From assembly GCA_900546445.1 (NCBI GenBank), contig URCV01000001.1, forward strand, positions 11,445 through 75,444: a stretch of 64,000 nt of DNA, written 5' to 3'. This DNA comes from an uncultured Bacteroidales bacterium. GTDB taxonomy: Bacteria; Bacteroidota; Bacteroidia; Bacteroidales; UBA932. The notes under the pieces were generated by a model, which had not been told where the DNA came from, searched no databases, and was given only the letters and a program-made list of their open reading frames with translations. The translations under genes were made by a program, and so were the position numbers. Shown one piece after another: positions 61,152 through 64,000 of the stretch (its first letter is position 1; the number at the start of each line of letters is the position of its first letter).

Positions 61152-61463
61152 ATGAGATATAGTTTTGATATTTTCGACAAGAATCCAGAGCGATTGGCCA
61201 CAGTTTTAGCGGAAAACTGCCGCAAGCGCAGGCTTGACAGGGGGTTGAGCAGGCGTAGTCTCTCCGAGAAAACAGGTATTCCGGAGCCGACACTTGAGCG
61301 TTTTGAGACCAAAGGAAAGATATCTCTTGAGGCATTCCTAAAAATAGTCATCGAATTTGATTGGTTTGACGAGATGAGCGCCATTATGAGTAAAAGCAAG
61401 TTTACCACAGGAGAGGAACTTGAGACCATAAATAAGAATCAGGGAAGACAAAAAGGCAGATGA
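61152..61463 (+). CDS. hipB: HipB-like XRE-family HTH antitoxin
   Basis: HTH (LSRRSLSEKTGIPEPTLERFE). Stop overlaps the hipA start (ATGA). Confidence 0.6.
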   Translation: MRYSFDIFDKNPERLATVLAENCRKRRLDRGLSRRSLSEKTGIPEPTLERFETKGKISLEAFLKIVIEFDWFDEMSAIMSKSKFTTGEELETINKNQGRQKGR

Positions 61464-62584
61464 AAGATATTTTAAAAATCATAGTTTCTTTAGACAACCG
61501 TACCATCGGCACTTTACAGATGACGCCGGAGAGAGACCGATGCGTATTCGAGTACGATAAGGATTGGCTTGCAAATGGTTTCTCAATATCGCCGTGGGAA
61601 TTGCCACTACGGACGGGACTTATCTATTCAAAAGAGAAAAGTTTCAGTGGCGGATTTGCTGCATTTGAAGACAGTATGCCTGACGGCTATGGACTTTATC
61701 TGCTGGACAGAATGCTTCGCCGTGAAGGACGTTCCTTAAGGGAGTTATCCCCCTTGCAGAGATTATCTCTAGTGGGAAATGCAGGAATGGGGGCGCTTTG
61801 CTATAAGCCGGAAACAAATAAAGAAAATATTGCCGTCACAGTCGACGACTTCGACGAAATTCAACATAAAGCCCTCGACATTCTCTCCGAAAAAAGCGAT
61901 GCCGATGCGTCTTACTTGTACTACAATAGCCACAATTCCGGCGGAGCTAGACCTAAAGCCGTGTATAAGTCAGCAGACGGCTCGGACTGGTTAGTAAAAT
62001 TTAGACATATTTACGACCCTTCAGATATTGGCAAAACTGAATATCAGTATATGAATACGGCTCAAAAATGCGGAATCAATATTCCGGAAATACGTCTTGT
62101 GAATGACCGCTATTTCTCAATTAAGCGATTTGATATAAGGGATGGTCACCGTATCCACACGCTCACGGCAGCAGCGCTTCTACAGTCCGATTTCCGCACC
62201 CAAAGCATAGATTACGCAAATCTCCTTGCTTTGACAGGTTACCTCACCCAAGATCCGGCACAAGTGGAGCAGATGTTTCGCAGAATGGTATTCAATATCG
62301 TGTGCATCAATAAAGACGATCACGCGAAGAACTTCAGCTTTCTCTGTGAAAACGGCCAATGGGAACTCGCCCCAGCCTACGACATTACTTATTCTCCAGA
62401 AGGCACCAGAGGCGAACACGCGACTTCTGTCAAATATTCAGGCAACCCTTCCTTAGAAGACGTTATTTCTGTAGGCACCGGCATCCACATAAGCAGAAAA
62501 CGCTGCCTTGAAATAATTGAAGAAATCGAGTCCGTTTGCTCCGCTGAACTTGACGAGTTATTTCAACTTTCCGCCGAGATATAA
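61460..62584 (+). CDS. hipA: HipA-family Ser/Thr kinase toxin
   Basis: HipA N-terminal domain and the catalytic loop KDDHAKNFSFL. 374 aa. Confidence 0.8.
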   Translation: MKDILKIIVSLDNRTIGTLQMTPERDRCVFEYDKDWLANGFSISPWELPLRTGLIYSKEKSFSGGFAAFEDSMPDGYGLYLLDRMLRREGRSLRELSPLQRLSLVGNAGMGALCYKPETNKENIAVTVDDFDEIQHKALDILSEKSDADASYLYYNSHNSGGARPKAVYKSADGSDWLVKFRHIYDPSDIGKTEYQYMNTAQKCGINIPEIRLVNDRYFSIKRFDIRDGHRIHTLTAAALLQSDFRTQSIDYANLLALTGYLTQDPAQVEQMFRRMVFNIVCINKDDHAKNFSFLCENGQWELAPAYDITYSPEGTRGEHATSVKYSGNPSLEDVISVGTGIHISRKRCLEIIEEIESVCSAELDELFQLSAEI

Positions 62585-62718
62585 GCACGAGTCTTTCCTC
62601 GCTCGATTCTACTGTAAGACTGTCTCGATACTCCTATCAGTTCCGCGGCTTTCTCCTGCGTGAAGCCTAATTCCATTCTACGTTTGGCGATATTTTCGCC
62701 CATTAAGTTCTTTTCCAT
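62563..62718 (-). CDS. Small XRE-type HTH protein (51 aa), antisense to and overlapping the hipA 3' end
   Basis: MEKNLMGENIAKRRMELGFTQEKAAELIGVSRQSYSRIERGKTRA... is a classic Cro/C1 HTH. Too short to appear on the ORF track. Confidence 0.35.
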   Translation of the reverse strand: MEKNLMGENIAKRRMELGFTQEKAAELIGVSRQSYSRIERGKTRAYISAES

Positions 62719-63376
62719 AACTTAATAGATAGCGCAAAAGTATGGAATAGCACACTACAAATCGACAAAAAAAATTTACATTGTAAAGAAAAAAGAACCA
62801 TTTGCCTTTAATTGCCGAGAAGACAAGGCTACAACCAACAAAACCACCATGGAATCGGGCACAAAAATCCGGCCCAAGTCTATACGATGGACGCATAGAA
62901 AGAAGATATATGGCAAAATCAAAAAATAATCACTACCTTCGTGTCAACATCCACGACGCAGAGCACCACCTATTCGGAAAGTTCTGCTCCGAGGAAACAT
63001 TAACTTAAAAAGGGGCTTAATTCTGTCCAACCAAATGGCACCACTATAGTGCCCAGCAATGCCATAGGGCATGATCGCTGCCGTGACCTGATATGTGCAT
63101 TCCAAAGCCGCTGACAGCTATGAGGATGAAGGAAATAAGCGTAAACAGGTCAATGAGGATGTTTTTGTTCGGTTTCATTGTTTTTTCTGCAAAGTTATAC
63201 TCCACAGATGGTCCGAAACGATAACATTTGTTAAGAAATCACTCTTGCGATAATCTTTTTCGTATGCGGCTCAGGGATACTGATGTTATTCCGAGATGTA
63301 GCCTTCCCTATAAGTGTGAACTTCTCCTTTTTAGGACAGCCTGCCCCGGTCCATCCGGCTTAACCTAAACTGCCAG

Positions 63377-63411
63377 CCCTCCGCAGTCGCGAGACTCCGG
63401 AGGGCTTTTTG
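63377..63411 (+). terminator. Rho-independent terminator-like hairpin
   Basis: CCCTCCG-cagtcgcgagact-CCGGAGGG followed by CTTTTTG. Confidence 0.45.
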
Positions 63412-63617
63412 CGTCCCGCGACACACCCAAGAACCATCCCGGAACGCGCCAGCGCGAAGCGTTGAACAAATGATTCATTCAGAAAAATGTGTCAAATCCG
63501 GAAAACTCATTGGAAAAATTACGGCAAACCATAGGAAACTCGTTTGAAAAATTACGACGATTATTTAAAAAGTCGTTGGAAAAAGTGTATCTTTGTTCCC
63601 GGATAAAGTGTCAGACT

Positions 63618-64000
63618 ATGCTGAAAAGGAAAATTGAAGACGCCCTCATTGCGTGGAAAAACAAGCCCGGGCATAAGCCCCTGGTGATAATGGGCATCCG
63701 CCAGTGCGGAAAAACATATATCTCGCAGCACTTCGCTGAGCAGAATTACAAGAATGTCGTCTATATGAACTTCATCAAGCAGCCGGAGCGGATAGGTGCC
63801 TTCGTCGGATCCAAGGATGTGGACAGCATTCTGCTCAATCTGTCGGCGCAGATCAAAGGCGTCAAGTTCATCCCTGGAGAGACCTGCCTAATCTTTGATG
63901 AGATCCAGGAATGCCCCGAGGCCAGGACTTCGCTCAAGTTCTTCAAAGAGGACGGCCGCTTCGACGTGATTGCCACTGGCTCCCTGTTGGGCGTCCAAGG
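63618..64000 (+). CDS. Third AAA+ ATPase (AAA_14/DUF4143 type); N-terminal part, running off the window end
   Basis: Walker A GIRQCGKT and Walker B CLIFDEIQ. The frame is open to position 64000. Confidence 0.6.
   Translation, partial: MLKRKIEDALIAWKNKPGHKPLVIMGIRQCGKTYISQHFAEQNYKNVVYMNFIKQPERIGAFVGSKDVDSILLNLSAQIKGVKFIPGETCLIFDEIQECPEARTSLKFFKEDGRFDVIATGSLLGVQ

Noticed and set aside
1-64000. Search for tRNA, tmRNA and rRNA genes
   Set aside because: No GGTTCGAATCC/GGTTCAAATCC T-loop contexts with matching acceptor stems, and no rRNA-like conserved blocks were found. None called.
47864-64000. Possibility that the accessory island is a prophage or an integrative conjugative element
   Set aside because: There are no integrase, phage structural, or conjugation (tra/mob) genes, and no tRNA attachment site in the window. 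It looks like a chromosomal defence/accessory island shaped by IS activity and paralog recombination.

Overview
This 64-kb window looks like a Bacteroidales (Bacteroides/Prevotella-like) chromosome segment. Evidence: a SusC/SusD pair, many lipoprotein signal peptides (Cys after a short hydrophobic segment), and a TAnnTTTG -7 promoter box. Layout: (i) 1-18.5 kb is conserved housekeeping (SulP/STAS transporter C-terminus, HAD hydrolase, acyl-CoA synthetase, htpG, uvrB, GtrA-like, GH27 alpha-galactosidase, lspA, dksA/traR, ileS, cvpA, tsaB, 5'-nucleotidase, ffh, radical SAM). (ii) 19-32.5 kb is a polysaccharide utilization locus (PUL) for beta-1,3-glucan (laminarin-type): susC, susD, a surface lipoprotein, GH16, a GH128-like hydrolase, a large lipoprotein, and a divergent Y_Y_Y/LuxR sensor-regulator with no kinase or receiver domains. 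(iii) 32.5-43.5 kb carries cdd, an IS1634-family (IS4-superfamily) insertion flanked by a perfect 69-bp direct repeat, then hpt, adk, a potDCBA-type polyamine ABC operon with an upstream outer-membrane protein, and glnS. (iv) 43.5-64 kb is a lower-GC, rearranged accessory/defence-like island. It holds a SIMPL protein, an orphan Card1/Can-like CARF + PD-(D/E)xK nuclease, an OB-fold lipoprotein, a BspA-type leucine-rich-repeat (LRR) protein plus two pseudogene remnants of paralogs, three AAA+ ATPases (DUF234/DUF4143 type), a truncated Abi_2 abortive-infection gene, a ~965-aa surface lipoprotein followed in the same frame across a single TGA by an Endonuclease-NS domain, a hipA fragment, a SprT-like HExxH module present twice (one internally deleted), a hipBA pair and a small antisense XRE ORF. 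Other structure: a ~135-bp repeat in inverted orientation at 18.9 kb and 43.8 kb bracketing about 25 kb, and a ~85-105-nt structured element with compensatory stem changes present inside the IS and again at 57.15 kb. I found no tRNA, rRNA or CRISPR arrays. Product names are inferred from motifs I can read in the translations; no database search was run.
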